DNA of 64,000 nt from Candidatus Altiarchaeota archaeon (GTDB lineage Archaea; Altiarchaeota; Altiarchaeia; IMC4; SCGC-AAA252-I15): positions 14,546 through 78,545 of the forward strand of contig JAZDMS010000024.1 in NCBI GenBank assembly GCA_043800705.1, in the 5' to 3' direction. This document shows positions 49,883 to 60,588 of the stretch, piece by piece. Below the pieces are notes generated by a model. That model was not told the origin of the DNA and made no database searches. It saw nothing but the letters and a program-made list of their open reading frames with translations. How positions within the stretch are numbered: position 1 is the stretch's first letter; each line of letters opens with the position of its first letter. Both the position numbers and the translations under genes were made by a program.

Positions 49883-50527
49883 TTATCTTTTTTCTGCTTT
49901 TTCAGACCAGCTACGGGGATCATTTAACCACTCGATGATGGTTTTACTGTCAGCTTCTGATAGCTTCCCTTCATTTAAACTGACCGTGATAGCGTCATTT
50001 ATGTTTGTTAGAGTCGTCGCGGTTATGCTGGCGTCAGCAAGTTTCTCTTTAGCCTCTGGGAGGTCGTATGTAAAGATCGCTATGCAGTCGTTGACTGATA
50101 AGCCTGCATCCCTGAGGATGTTCGCTTCGGCTATTATGCTACCGCCGGTTGTTATGTGATCTTCTGCAATGATAAAAGTCCCGCCTTTATTGAAACGGCC
50201 CTCTATCTGTTTTTTCATTCCATGATCTTTGGGTTTTTCTCGAACGTAAATCATGCTTTTTCCCATTTTATCCGATAAGAACGCAGCCCAAGGGATTCCT
50301 GCAGATGCTGTTCCAGAAAAACCGTCATAACCGGTGTATTGTTTTTTTACTATCGAGGTTAATCCCTCGATGACTTTTGTTCTGACAGCTACCAGAGACA
50401 TGATAGCCCTACAGTTTGTATAGATTGGACTCAGTATGCCAGAAGTATATCTAAAAGGCTCTTTAACGTTGAATTGGACTATATCGTTGTCTACCAATAG
50501 CTTTGCAATTTTAAGGTTATCGCTCAT
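49883..50527 (-). CDS. pyrE: orotate phosphoribosyltransferase
   Basis: TSG.LSPIY, YVREKPKDHG..KQIEG, EDHITTGGS. Confidence 0.95.
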   Translation of the reverse strand: MSDNLKIAKLLVDNDIVQFNVKEPFRYTSGILSPIYTNCRAIMSLVAVRTKVIEGLTSIVKKQYTGYDGFSGTASAGIPWAAFLSDKMGKSMIYVREKPKDHGMKKQIEGRFNKGGTFIIAEDHITTGGSIIAEANILRDAGLSVNDCIAIFTYDLPEAKEKLADASITATTLTNINDAITVSLNEGKLSEADSKTIIEWLNDPRSWSEKAEKR

Positions 50528-50582
50528 GGAGTCCCCAAAGACTATTAAGTCCTTAAGATTAAATACTTATATAAGAGTGGCA

Positions 50583-51347
50583 TCAATCGTATTTCCTCTT
50601 TGAGCCCGACGCGTCCCTTGTGTAGAGCCCGAATTCCGTCTTCGCAAGCTGTCTGCCGTCGAAGACGGGGCCTTCCTTGCAGACCCTCATCCCCGCTATC
50701 GTGCAGGAGCCGCAGAGGCCGATGCCGCATTTCATGTACCGCTCGAGGGACAGCTGGCAGGGTATCTTTTTCTTCTCGCAGAGGTCGAGCACCTTCTTCA
50801 TCATCACTTCTGGGCCGCACGAGTAGACGCATTTGAATTCCTCCTTTTTTATGAGCCGCTCCAGGATCTGGGGAGCGTACGCCTTTTCCCCCTTGGAGCC
50901 GTCGTCTGTGGCTGGGTGGACCTTGAATCCCGCAGCCTTGAAGTCGTCTTCGAAGAGGAGCTCTCCGTCGGTCTTCGCCGATATTATCACGTGGCCTTTG
51001 AGCTTTTCCTTTAGGGGGCGAAGGGGGGCGATGCCGCATCCGCCGCCGACCAGGCAGACCTTCCCCGGGACCAGGTCGAAGCCCCGGCCGTACGGGCCCC
51101 TGAATCCGACCCGGGCGCCTTTGTCCAGCATGAACAGGTTCGACGTGAACCTGCCGATCTTCTTGACAGTGAACTGCGCCTTGCCTTTGGCGTTGGAGAG
51201 GCTCATCGGCTTCTCATTGACACCGGGAAGCCAAAGCATGCAGAACTGGCCGGCGCGGGCGTCGATGTCCCGCTCGAGAGTGAATGTGCGGTGATGGGGG
51301 GAATGGGCCTTGACGTCCAGGATTTCGACTATCTGGGGCCTATCCAT
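50583..51347 (-). CDS. pyrK: dihydroorotate dehydrogenase electron transfer subunit
   Basis: RGPYG, GGG.G.APL, CGPE.M, ERYMKCGIGLCGSC, VC.EGPVF. Confidence 0.95.
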   Translation of the reverse strand: MDRPQIVEILDVKAHSPHHRTFTLERDIDARAGQFCMLWLPGVNEKPMSLSNAKGKAQFTVKKIGRFTSNLFMLDKGARVGFRGPYGRGFDLVPGKVCLVGGGCGIAPLRPLKEKLKGHVIISAKTDGELLFEDDFKAAGFKVHPATDDGSKGEKAYAPQILERLIKKEEFKCVYSCGPEVMMKKVLDLCEKKKIPCQLSLERYMKCGIGLCGSCTIAGMRVCKEGPVFDGRQLAKTEFGLYTRDASGSKRKYD

Positions 51348-52260
51348 GCGCCACCCCGACAAGCTCCTTCGCCTTCTTCATCCCCCTGCGGACCATGTAT
51401 TCCTCGATCTCTCCTGCGACCTTCTTGAATACGTCGATGCCGCGGTAGTAGACCCCGGTCCCTATGCCTACAGCAGAGGCGCCTGCCATCATCATCTCCA
51501 CCGCGTCAAGTCCTGTGACCACCCCGCCTGTGCCGATGATCGGGATCTTCCCGCGGGTTGCCGCGTATACGTCGAAGACGCACCGGATAGCAATTGGCTT
51601 GATTATCGGGCCGCTCATCCCACCGACCTTGTAGTCGAGGACCGGTTTGCCCGAGCCGGTGTCGATGACCATTCCGGGGCCGATTGTGTTTCCCATGTTG
51701 ATCGCGGAAGCCCCGCCCCGCATCGCCGCCTTGGCGACCTCGCCGAGGCATGCGGTGTTCGGGGAGAGTTTGATTATGACCGGAAGTTTCGTGGCCTTGC
51801 GCACCGCCATCGCTATCTCTAGCGTGGCCTCGGGCGTCCCATGCCCGGCGAGCAGGCCGAGTCCCGGCGTGTGCGGGCAGGACAGGACCGCCTCGATCGC
51901 GGAGAACTCCATGGACGAGAACTCCCCTGCGAGGTATGCGAAGCCTTCGGGCTCCTCGGAGACTATGCTTGCAATGACCGGGACCCCTGTGCCGGATACG
52001 CCCGCGAACTCGACCTTGGCGTTCTGAAGCCCCATGTTGCTGTAGCCGACGGCGTTCAGGAATCCGCCCTCCACCTGGACGACGGTGGGATTGGAATGAC
52101 CGGAGCGGGGCTCTTTAGTGATGGACTTTATCGTGACCGCGCCGGCCCCGCCGGCCGCCACCTTCTTCAGCGAGGCCTTGTCCGTGCCCATGATGCCCGA
52201 AGCTAGCACGGTTGGGTTCCGAAGCCTCAAACCGGCCAGATTCACCTCGATATCGGGCAT
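51340..52260 (-). CDS. pyrD: dihydroorotate dehydrogenase catalytic subunit (class 1B)
   Basis: NP.VLASG, KS.T..PR.G, SCPH, KLSPN, GGMSG..IKP. Confidence 0.96.
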   Translation of the reverse strand: MPDIEVNLAGLRLRNPTVLASGIMGTDKASLKKVAAGGAGAVTIKSITKEPRSGHSNPTVVQVEGGFLNAVGYSNMGLQNAKVEFAGVSGTGVPVIASIVSEEPEGFAYLAGEFSSMEFSAIEAVLSCPHTPGLGLLAGHGTPEATLEIAMAVRKATKLPVIIKLSPNTACLGEVAKAAMRGGASAINMGNTIGPGMVIDTGSGKPVLDYKVGGMSGPIIKPIAIRCVFDVYAATRGKIPIIGTGGVVTGLDAVEMMMAGASAVGIGTGVYYRGIDVFKKVAGEIEEYMVRRGMKKAKELVGVAHG

Positions 52261-52310
52261 ATTGTAAGTATGATAACTGGTTAATATTAATGGCCTGCGA
52301 ATACTGTCAC

Positions 52311-53222
52311 ATGAAATTTAAACTGTTGGCTGTGAGCAAAATCCACGAATCCGCACTGAAGATGGCAAGGGAATTCGCAGAAGTCGACGTCAGACTGGAC
52401 CTCACCGAGGACCAGTTGGCAGGGATTGTCGGGGAATACGACGCCATAATGGTCAGGAGCAAGCCGAAGATCACGAAGAGGATAATCGACGCAGGCAGGA
52501 AGCTGAGGGTCATAGGGCGCGCCGGAGTCGGCCTAGACAACGTAGACAGGGAGGCGGCCAATGCGAGGGGCATCGAGGTCGTCAACTCTCCGGAGGCTTC
52601 GACCATCAGCGTCGCCGAGCACGCCATGGGGCTCATGCTTGCGCTGATGAGGCACATCCCCAAAGGCCACGCCATGGTAAAAAGCGGGGGCTGGGACAGG
52701 AAGATGATGGGCAACGAGCTCTTCGGCAAGAGCCTCGGTCTCGTCGGCTTCGGACGCATAGGCAGGGAGGTCGCTATGAGGGCAAAAGCCTTCGGGATGA
52801 AGGTCATCGCATACGACCCGATGCTCACCTCCGAGGACACGAGGGAATACGACGCCGAACTCGTGGAACTTGACGAGCTGTTCAAGAATGCGGACGTCAT
52901 CAGCATACACGTGCCTGCGCTGCCGGCCACCAAGGACCTCGTCAACGAAAGGACGCTCAGCCTGATGAAACCGACAGCCATCATAGTGAACACGGCAAGG
53001 GGGCACTGCATAGACGAGGAGGCGCTCTGCAAGGCATTGGAGGAGAACAGGATACGGGGAGCGGCCCTGGACGTATACAAGAACGAGCCACCGGCAGGCT
53101 GCCCGCTTATTGCACTCGACAACGTCGTATTGGTCCCCCATTTCGGGGCCAACACGGAAGAGGGCCAGATAGAGGCGGGGAAGGTCATCGTCGAGAAGAT
53201 CAGGCACATCTTGTCGAAGTAG
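52311..53222 (+). CDS. serA: D-3-phosphoglycerate dehydrogenase-like 2-hydroxyacid dehydrogenase
   Basis: RAGVGLDNVD, GFGRIG, NTARG, PHFGANT.E; no ACT domain. Confidence 0.85.
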   Translation: MKFKLLAVSKIHESALKMAREFAEVDVRLDLTEDQLAGIVGEYDAIMVRSKPKITKRIIDAGRKLRVIGRAGVGLDNVDREAANARGIEVVNSPEASTISVAEHAMGLMLALMRHIPKGHAMVKSGGWDRKMMGNELFGKSLGLVGFGRIGREVAMRAKAFGMKVIAYDPMLTSEDTREYDAELVELDELFKNADVISIHVPALPATKDLVNERTLSLMKPTAIIVNTARGHCIDEEALCKALEENRIRGAALDVYKNEPPAGCPLIALDNVVLVPHFGANTEEGQIEAGKVIVEKIRHILSK

Positions 53223-53318
53223 GAATGTGACGTTTATGCGCTCGGACGTCTCCGAAGGCTAAGCCTTCGCAAACGCCCCGGCGGATAAAACCGGCGCCCA
53301 GGCGGCGGTCATTCACAG

Positions 53319-54845
53319 GTGAATTGGTTGGAAAAAAGGCAAGTCAGCCAGAGGGCTGCAGAATACGGGCTGGTCCTGTCCTCCGTAGCATTGGACAGGA
53401 TAACGGAGCTGGGACTCGACTTCGACGAAATCCTGAAGGAAGCCAAATCCAAGGGGGAATGGTTCATCAGCCCCGAATACATCGAGGGTAGAATCAGCAC
53501 GAAGAGGCAGGAAACCTGCCTAAGACCCCCGCCTACGGAGGAGGAACGGCTGACTGGGGAGGGACTCGGACAGAAGAGGCCGGTCGCGTGCGAGATCCAA
53601 TCCAAGCTGATAATACACGACGCATCCGACGTCACCGGCAAGAGCACATGCGCGGGGACGCTCGAAGACTTCGTCGGATACTTCAACCGCAGATACGACA
53701 ACCTCAAGAACGTCCTGCAGGAGCACGTCGAGTACCGGATGGCGATAACGATCGAGGCACTGAAGAAGGCCGGCACCAGGGACAAGGCGCGGGTTATCTG
53801 CATGATTAAGGAGAAGCGGGAGAGCAACAAAGGCAACCGATTCCTTGAAGTCGAAGACCAGACTGGATGCATGACGGTGCTGTTCTCGGACCGCCACGAG
53901 TCGGCCAAGAGCGCATACGACAGGGTCCTAAGCGACGAGGTCATCGGCCTGGAGGGCGTCCTGAAAGGCGACCTGTTCTTTGCCTCGGATGTCACCCAGC
54001 CGGACGTCCCGATAAACCACACGCGAAGGTACGCGGACGAGGAAGTTTACGCGGTCTTCCTCTCCGACATCCACGTCGGCAGCTACCTGTTCCTCGAGAA
54101 GGAGTTCCAGGCGTTCATCGACTGGCTCAACGGCAAAGGGGGGAGGCAGGACGTGGCCTCGAAGGTCAAGTACCTGATAGTAGCAGGCGACCTCGTCGAC
54201 GGCATCGGCATCTACCCGGACCAGGAGAAGGAGCTGACCATACCGGACGTAAGAAAGCAATACGAGTTCCTAGCCATACTCCTTTCGGACATACCCAAAC
54301 ACATCGAAGTCGTGCTGTCGATGGGCAACCACGACGCCTCACGCAACGCAGAACCCCAGCCCAGGATCGACAAGGACCTCGCGGAAGGCCTCTTCAACCT
54401 CCCTAACACCCATATAACCGGGAACCCCGTCTGGCTGTCGGCCCATGGCGTGGAATTCCTCATATACCACGGCACATCCCTTGACACCATCATAGGCAAC
54501 CTCTCGGGCTGCTCCTATCAGAGGCCAGAGACCGCGATGGTGGAGCTCCTGAGGAGACGCCACCTCGTGCCCACATACGGCTCCGACAGCATATCTCCGG
54601 AGAACAGGGACTACCTCTTCATCGGCGACGTGCCGGACGTCTTCCACTGCGGCCACGTACACACCAACGGATACACGCTCTACCGCGGGATCAACGTCAT
54701 AAACTCGGGAACTTGGCAGTCGAAGACCGCATACCAGGAGCGCCTGGGCCACCAGCCGACGCCCGCGCTCGTGCCGGTCATGAACCTCCAAAACCACGAG
54801 GTCAGCATGATGGATTTCACAGGAAATGGACGAACAGACGATTAG
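53319..54845 (+). CDS. polB: DNA polymerase D small subunit DP1
   Basis: SDIHVGS, AGDLVDGIGIYP.Q, GNHD, YHG.S, RRHL.P.YG, GHVH, NSGTWQ. Confidence 0.96.
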   Translation: MNWLEKRQVSQRAAEYGLVLSSVALDRITELGLDFDEILKEAKSKGEWFISPEYIEGRISTKRQETCLRPPPTEEERLTGEGLGQKRPVACEIQSKLIIHDASDVTGKSTCAGTLEDFVGYFNRRYDNLKNVLQEHVEYRMAITIEALKKAGTRDKARVICMIKEKRESNKGNRFLEVEDQTGCMTVLFSDRHESAKSAYDRVLSDEVIGLEGVLKGDLFFASDVTQPDVPINHTRRYADEEVYAVFLSDIHVGSYLFLEKEFQAFIDWLNGKGGRQDVASKVKYLIVAGDLVDGIGIYPDQEKELTIPDVRKQYEFLAILLSDIPKHIEVVLSMGNHDASRNAEPQPRIDKDLAEGLFNLPNTHITGNPVWLSAHGVEFLIYHGTSLDTIIGNLSGCSYQRPETAMVELLRRRHLVPTYGSDSISPENRDYLFIGDVPDVFHCGHVHTNGYTLYRGINVINSGTWQSKTAYQERLGHQPTPALVPVMNLQNHEVSMMDFTGNGRTDD

Positions 54846-57800
54846 ATACCACACGGCGCTCCGCACGGAGATAGAGCGGATGTACGCGATAGGCAACAGA
54901 GCGAGAGCCATGCGCCAGGACCCCGCCACCGAGGTCGAGGCGCTGCCTGCCGGAGACCTCGCAGACAGGGTAGAGGGGCTCGTCGGACCGCCCGGCGTCG
55001 CAGCCAAGATAAGGGAATTCAGGGCACAGACGAAAGGCACCATCATACCACCGCTCGTCGACTGGATAATCGAATCCAAGCCCCCGAAGACGAAGGAAGA
55101 GAGGCAGAAGGCCGCGGAACAGGCTGTGAGGACATCCCTCGCCGTCGTGACAGAGGGCGTCGTGGCAGCGCCGATCGAGGGAATATCTGATGTCAAGATA
55201 GGCCAGAACCCGGACGGCTCAGAATACCTGAGCATACTCTTCTCCGGCCCGATCAGGAGCGCAGGCGGCACCGCTCAGGGCCTGGCCGTCCTCGCGGGAG
55301 AGTACACCAGGCAGAAGATTGGGCTCACCGAGTACCGGCCGACGAGGGACGAGGTCGAGAGGTACGTCGAGGAGATAAAGCTCTACGACGAGAGGATAAG
55401 CAGGCTCCAGTACACCCCAAACGAGCAGGAGGTCAGGGAGATCGTCGAAAACCTCAAGGTCTGCGTCGACGGAGACCCGACAGAGGAGATGGAGGTAGCC
55501 ATACACCGCGACCTCGCGAGGGTATCGTCCAACAGGGTCCGCGGCGGAATGTGCCTCGTCATCGCCGAAGGAATGGCCCAGAAGAGCAGGAAGGTGATGA
55601 AATACGCCCAGGGGATGAACATAGACTGGAACTGGCTAGGCACCCTCACAAAAAGCTCGGCAAAGAAGGAGGAGGAGAAGCCCAAGGCCAAATTCATGGA
55701 CGAAGTCGTCGGCGGAAGGCCCATCTTCTCGGCGCCGTCGGAGAAGGGCGGATTCAGGCTCAGATACGGACACTCAAGGACCAACGGGATCGCCGCGAAG
55801 TCCATCCACCCCGCGACGATGATACTCCTTGACGGATTCATAGCCACCGGGACCCAGGTAAAGGTCGAAAAACCAGGCAAAGGCTGCGTAGTCACCGAAT
55901 GCGACACCGTCGAAGGCCCAATCGTCAAATTGAAAAACGGCGACGTCCTCATAGTCGACTCCAGGCAGAAGGCCTACGAGGTCGAGAAGGAGGTTGAGGA
56001 GATACTCTTCCTCGGGGACATACTCGTCACCTATGGCGACTTCCTGCAGACGAACACGAGGCTCCTGCCATCGGGCTACGTCGAGGAGTGGTGGCAGCTG
56101 GAGTCGGGGGAGAAAAAGACGCCGACCGCGGAGGAGGCGCTTCAGATCTCCAAGACTAAGAACGTCCCCCTTCATCCGAGATACACATATAGGTGGGCCG
56201 ACGTGACCGCATCGGAGATAAAGAGCCTCGCAGACTGGCTGATGAAGGGGGAACAGGGAGCAGTGCTGTCCGTAGAGAATAACGATCCGGTCGTGAAGAG
56301 GATCCTCGAAGTCCTCGCGATACCCCACCTGGTCAGGGACGGCAGGGTGATCATCGACGAACAGGCGCCCCTGTTGGCGCAGCTTGGCATCATCGGAAAC
56401 GACAGGCCCAGGTTCGACGCCGGATACGCGGATGTGTCTCCCGAATCCAACGGTTTCGAACTCGTGAAGAAGACGAGCACCGTCGCGATACGCAACAAAT
56501 GCGGCGTATACATAGGATGCAGGATGGGCCGACCGGAAAAATCCAGGGAGCGGAAGATGCAACCGGCTGTCCACTCCCTCTTCCCGATAGGCGAGGCGGG
56601 GGGGAGGGAGCGGAGCATCAACTCCGCGATAGAGAAGAACAGGGTCGAAGTCGACGTCTCCCAGTTCCTCTGCCCCAAATGCAGGAGAAAGACGATAACG
56701 CCCACATGCCCGGAATGCGGGGGGCCCACGGCACCGCTTCGTACATGCGGCCAATGCAGCTACACCGGCAACCAGGAGAAATGCCCAAAATGCAACGCGC
56801 CCACAAGGCAGTACGCCAAGACCAACATCGACATAAAAAGCCTCTGGGAGGAGGCCATAAGGAAGATTGGCAAGTCGGCGAACGTCAAAGGCGTCCAGGG
56901 CATGATATCCGAGAGCAAGATCCCGGAACCCATCGAAAAGGGGATACTGCGTGCAATAAACGAGGTTTACGTGTTCAAGGACGGGACGATAAGGTTCGAC
57001 GCGACCGACGCCCCCATCACCCACTTCAGGCCGCGAGAGGTCGGGACGCCGATACAGAGGCTTAAGGAGCTGGGATACGACACCGACTACAATGGGGCGC
57101 CCCTCGAAGACGCGGAACAGGTCCTTGAGCTGAAGACGCAAGACATAATCGTCTCAGAATACTGCGGCACATACCTTATCAGGGTCGCGAAATTCGTCGA
57201 CGAGCTTCTCCGAAAGTTCTACCAGATGGAACCGGTCTACAACGTCCAGACCAGGCAAGAGCTTGTAGGCCACCTCGTCGTAGGCCTCGCCCCGCACACG
57301 TCGGCGGGGATAGTCGGCAGGATAATAGGATACACCAAAGCCGACGTCGGATACGCACACCCCTTCTGGCACGCGGCAAAGAGACGCAACGCCGACGGCG
57401 ACGAGGACGCGATCATGCTGCTTATGGACATGCTCCTGAACTTCTCGAAGAAGTTCCTGCCCGAAAAGCGCGGCGGAAAGATGGACGCCCCCCTGGTAGT
57501 CACCACAGTCATGAACCCGAAGGAGATAGACGACGAAGCCCACAAGATGGAGATAGTCGACTCCTACGGCCTCGAATTCTACCAGAAGACCCTGGAGGGA
57601 GCCAACCCGTCCGAGGCCAAGGTCGCGACCGTAGCCAGCATACTGGACACGAACCCTTACTGCGGCATAAGGTTCACCCACGACACGGGAGACATCACCG
57701 GACCCGTGACCCGCTCCAGGTACGTCACCCTGAAGAGCATGCCCGAAAAGATCAAGGCGCAACTCGCGGTCGCCGAGAAGATAAGGGCAATAGACGAGCG

Positions 57801-58134
57801 CGAAGTCGCCGAGATAGTCATCAACAGCCACTTCCTCAGGGACACCTACGGGAACCTGAGGGCCTTCTCGAGGCAGCACTTCAGGTGCGTCAAATGCAAC
57901 GAGAACTACAGGAGGGTCCCGCTCATAGGAAAATGCGTCAAGTGCGGAGGGAAGCTCCTATTGACGGTAAGCCAGGGCAACATAAGCAAATACCTGAGGA
58001 TATCCATGGACCTAGCAACAAAATACAACCTCTCCGATTACCTAAAATCAAGGCTCAACCTCCTAGAGAGGGACATGAAATCGCTCACCACAAACGACCT
58101 CGACAAGCAGGTCAGCCTCGCGGACTTCATGTAA
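54826..58134 (+). CDS. polC: DNA polymerase D large subunit DP2 (no intein seen)
   Basis: TEGVV.AP.EGI, GPIRSAGGT, GGFRLRYG, RMGRPEK, KRRNADGDED, Q.SLADFM PIP tail. Confidence 0.98.
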   Translation: MDEQTIRYHTALRTEIERMYAIGNRARAMRQDPATEVEALPAGDLADRVEGLVGPPGVAAKIREFRAQTKGTIIPPLVDWIIESKPPKTKEERQKAAEQAVRTSLAVVTEGVVAAPIEGISDVKIGQNPDGSEYLSILFSGPIRSAGGTAQGLAVLAGEYTRQKIGLTEYRPTRDEVERYVEEIKLYDERISRLQYTPNEQEVREIVENLKVCVDGDPTEEMEVAIHRDLARVSSNRVRGGMCLVIAEGMAQKSRKVMKYAQGMNIDWNWLGTLTKSSAKKEEEKPKAKFMDEVVGGRPIFSAPSEKGGFRLRYGHSRTNGIAAKSIHPATMILLDGFIATGTQVKVEKPGKGCVVTECDTVEGPIVKLKNGDVLIVDSRQKAYEVEKEVEEILFLGDILVTYGDFLQTNTRLLPSGYVEEWWQLESGEKKTPTAEEALQISKTKNVPLHPRYTYRWADVTASEIKSLADWLMKGEQGAVLSVENNDPVVKRILEVLAIPHLVRDGRVIIDEQAPLLAQLGIIGNDRPRFDAGYADVSPESNGFELVKKTSTVAIRNKCGVYIGCRMGRPEKSRERKMQPAVHSLFPIGEAGGRERSINSAIEKNRVEVDVSQFLCPKCRRKTITPTCPECGGPTAPLRTCGQCSYTGNQEKCPKCNAPTRQYAKTNIDIKSLWEEAIRKIGKSANVKGVQGMISESKIPEPIEKGILRAINEVYVFKDGTIRFDATDAPITHFRPREVGTPIQRLKELGYDTDYNGAPLEDAEQVLELKTQDIIVSEYCGTYLIRVAKFVDELLRKFYQMEPVYNVQTRQELVGHLVVGLAPHTSAGIVGRIIGYTKADVGYAHPFWHAAKRRNADGDEDAIMLLMDMLLNFSKKFLPEKRGGKMDAPLVVTTVMNPKEIDDEAHKMEIVDSYGLEFYQKTLEGANPSEAKVATVASILDTNPYCGIRFTHDTGDITGPVTRSRYVTLKSMPEKIKAQLAVAEKIRAIDEREVAEIVINSHFLRDTYGNLRAFSRQHFRCVKCNENYRRVPLIGKCVKCGGKLLLTVSQGNISKYLRISMDLATKYNLSDYLKSRLNLLERDMKSLTTNDLDKQVSLADFM

Positions 58135-58138
58135 AGGC

Positions 58139-58615
58139 TCAGGCAGGCTTCTCCACCGTCAGCGCAATCCTCGTCTCCGGCCCCTTGTCATCGCCTTGCT
58201 GCGTGGCCTTGAAATCCAGCGAATACTGGCCTTCCAGCGTCTCAGGCCTCGTCTTGACCTTCAGCTTGACCTTCCGGGTCTCCTGCGGCCCCACGGTTAT
58301 GGACGAGCTGCCGTAGGTCTGGCTGTTGGAGTCTTCGAAGTAGATGTTCCGGTCGTATGTCTGCGCATTCACGGTCACCGACACGTCGCCTTTCGCGTTC
58401 ACGTTCTGCATTTCGACGTCCAGGACGGAAGAGCCCCCGGGGCTGACAGATGACGGATCCGCCGTGACCCGGATACCCACTCCGCCGACCACGCTGAATC
58501 CGCTCGGCATCGTCTTCCAGATCACCGCCAGCACCGCCACGAACAGAAGCAGCGCAAGCACCGACCGCCACCTGATCCTGCCCGCCAGCGACGAGAGTTT
58601 CTCCATTGTCGACAT
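58139..58615 (-). CDS. membrane-anchored Ig-like hypothetical protein
   Basis: N-terminal TM followed by a beta-rich domain (V.PGG, V.PQET, EGQY). Confidence 0.7.
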   Translation of the reverse strand: MSTMEKLSSLAGRIRWRSVLALLLFVAVLAVIWKTMPSGFSVVGGVGIRVTADPSSVSPGGSSVLDVEMQNVNAKGDVSVTVNAQTYDRNIYFEDSNSQTYGSSSITVGPQETRKVKLKVKTRPETLEGQYSLDFKATQQGDDKGPETRIALTVEKPA

Positions 58616-58654
58616 CTTTTAACTATCTGAGGGGATAAATAAAAGGAGATAAAA

Positions 58655-59341
58655 ATGCTCGGAATAATCGCAGGTACGGTCCTGCCGACTACGAAGCTTC
58701 TGCCGCAGGGAAAGGAGAGGACCATCGGCACGCCGCACGGACGCGCCCGCATAACCGTATCCGAAGACGCGGCATACATCCAGCGCCACGGCAAAGGGGA
58801 CATCCCACCCCACATGATAAACCACAAAGCCAACATATGGGCGATGAGGGAATACGCGGACACCGTGATAGGCGTGAGCTCCGTCGGAAGCCTCAAGAGG
58901 TCGATAAAACCCCCTACCCTGCTCGTCCCCGACGACTTCCTGCAGTTCGACACCATCACCTACTTCGACAACGAGATAAGGCACATAACACCGTCATTCG
59001 ACGAGAAGACGAGGAAGGAGATAATCGGCGTCGCATCCTGGCACAAGATAAACGTCTATGCGGGAGGGGTCTACGCCCAGACGAGAGGCCCCAGGTTCGA
59101 GACGAAGGCCGAGGTCGGGATGCTCGCCCACTTCGCCGATGTCGTCGGCATGACCGCCGCCTCTGAGGCCACACTCGCATGCGAGCTCGGCATCAGGTAT
59201 GCGGCCATATGCTCCGTCGACAACCTGGCACACGGACTCGCAAAAGGCAGGCTCGACTTCAAAGACGTCAAAGACAACGCCACGAGGAACTCCGCCAGGG
59301 TGGAGGAGCTCCTTCGCCTCTTGATAGGGGAACACAAATGA
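58655..59341 (+). CDS. MTAP family purine nucleoside phosphorylase
   Basis: RHG, PPH.IN..ANI, GPRFET.AE, VGMT..SEA.LA.E, VDN.A. Confidence 0.92.
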   Translation: MLGIIAGTVLPTTKLLPQGKERTIGTPHGRARITVSEDAAYIQRHGKGDIPPHMINHKANIWAMREYADTVIGVSSVGSLKRSIKPPTLLVPDDFLQFDTITYFDNEIRHITPSFDEKTRKEIIGVASWHKINVYAGGVYAQTRGPRFETKAEVGMLAHFADVVGMTAASEATLACELGIRYAAICSVDNLAHGLAKGRLDFKDVKDNATRNSARVEELLRLLIGEHK

Positions 59342-60588
59342 GCATCCTCCTCAAAGACGTCCTCCTGGACGGGAAACGGACAGGCATACTGCTCGATGGC
59401 AACACCATAAGGGAGATAGGGGAGGAAACCCGCGGTGACGAGACGATAGACTGCCGCGGAAAAGCTGCGATCCCCGGTCTCATCAACACCCACACGCATT
59501 CTGCGATGACGCTCCTTAGAGGCCATGCAGACGACATGGACCTGCAGCAGTGGCTTGAGAAGCACATCTGGCCGATAGAGGCGAAACTCACCGAAGACGA
59601 GGTCTACTGGGGGGCGAGGCTCGCATGCCTCGAGATGATAAAGACCGGGACGACATGCTTCAACGACATGTACTGGCACCTCCCGGGCACCGCGAAGGCG
59701 GTCGAAGACTCTGGCATCAGGGCGGTGCTGAGCTCCGTGTTCATAGACCTCTTCGACCCAAAAAAGGCAAGGCAGCGGATCCGTGAGGAGGAGAAGCTAG
59801 TCGAAGGGGCAAGAACGGGCGACAGGATAAGGCTGGCCCTCGGCCCCCATGCGATATACACCGTCTCCGAGGAGAGCCTCAGATGGAATAAAGCCTACGC
59901 AGACAAGAAAGGCCTAATCATCCACATACACCTGAGCGAGACGAAAAAAGAGGTCGACGACTGCATCAGGGCCCGCGGCAAAAGGCCGGCGGAATACCTC
60001 GACGAAATAGGCTTCCTCGGCCCGAACGTCGTCTGCGCCCACTGCGTCTGGCTCGACAGGGAAGAGATGCACACCATGGGAAAAAGAGGCGCCAAAGTCG
60101 CCCACTGCCCCACATCCAACATGAAGCTCTCGGTCGGAGCGGCCATGGACTATGCTTCGCTGAGAAAAGAGGGGGTCACGGTTTCCCTCGGGACCGACGG
60201 CGCATCGTCGAACAACAGCCTCGACATGTTCCAGTCGATGAAGTTCGCGGCCCTCCTGCAAAAGCACCACTACAACGACACGACCCTCCTGCCGGCGGAC
60301 GAGGCGCTTAAGATGGCCACGGCCGAAGGGGCGAAGGCACTCGGTCTGAACGCGGGCGCGATACGGGAGGGGGCGCTGGCAGACATCGCGCTCATAGACC
60401 TCAAACGCCCGGAGATGACGCCGCTGCACCATTTGGCCTCGAACATCGTATATGCGGCAAACGGGGGCTGCGTCGACACGCTCATATGCGACGGAAAGGT
60501 GCTGATGCGGGGGAGGATCGTCGACGGCGAGGATGATGTGCTGGAGAGGACAGGAAAAGAAGCATCGGAACTGACGGTGCGGAAATGA
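59338..60588 (+). CDS. 5'-methylthioadenosine/SAH deaminase-like amidohydrolase
   Basis: HTH..M, GPHAIYT, HLSET, CPTSNMKL, GTDG.SSNN.LDM. Confidence 0.92.
   Translation: MSILLKDVLLDGKRTGILLDGNTIREIGEETRGDETIDCRGKAAIPGLINTHTHSAMTLLRGHADDMDLQQWLEKHIWPIEAKLTEDEVYWGARLACLEMIKTGTTCFNDMYWHLPGTAKAVEDSGIRAVLSSVFIDLFDPKKARQRIREEEKLVEGARTGDRIRLALGPHAIYTVSEESLRWNKAYADKKGLIIHIHLSETKKEVDDCIRARGKRPAEYLDEIGFLGPNVVCAHCVWLDREEMHTMGKRGAKVAHCPTSNMKLSVGAAMDYASLRKEGVTVSLGTDGASSNNSLDMFQSMKFAALLQKHHYNDTTLLPADEALKMATAEGAKALGLNAGAIREGALADIALIDLKRPEMTPLHHLASNIVYAANGGCVDTLICDGKVLMRGRIVDGEDDVLERTGKEASELTVRK

Noticed and set aside
53241-53308. Small palindromes between serA and DP1 as an ncRNA or origin
   Set aside because: Short hairpins (CGAAGGCTAAGCCTTCG) only, with no ORB-like repeats; not distinguishable from a terminator or REP remnant
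54826-58134. Intein in DP2
   Set aside because: The usual insertion site KRRN|xDGDED is continuous and the length is normal
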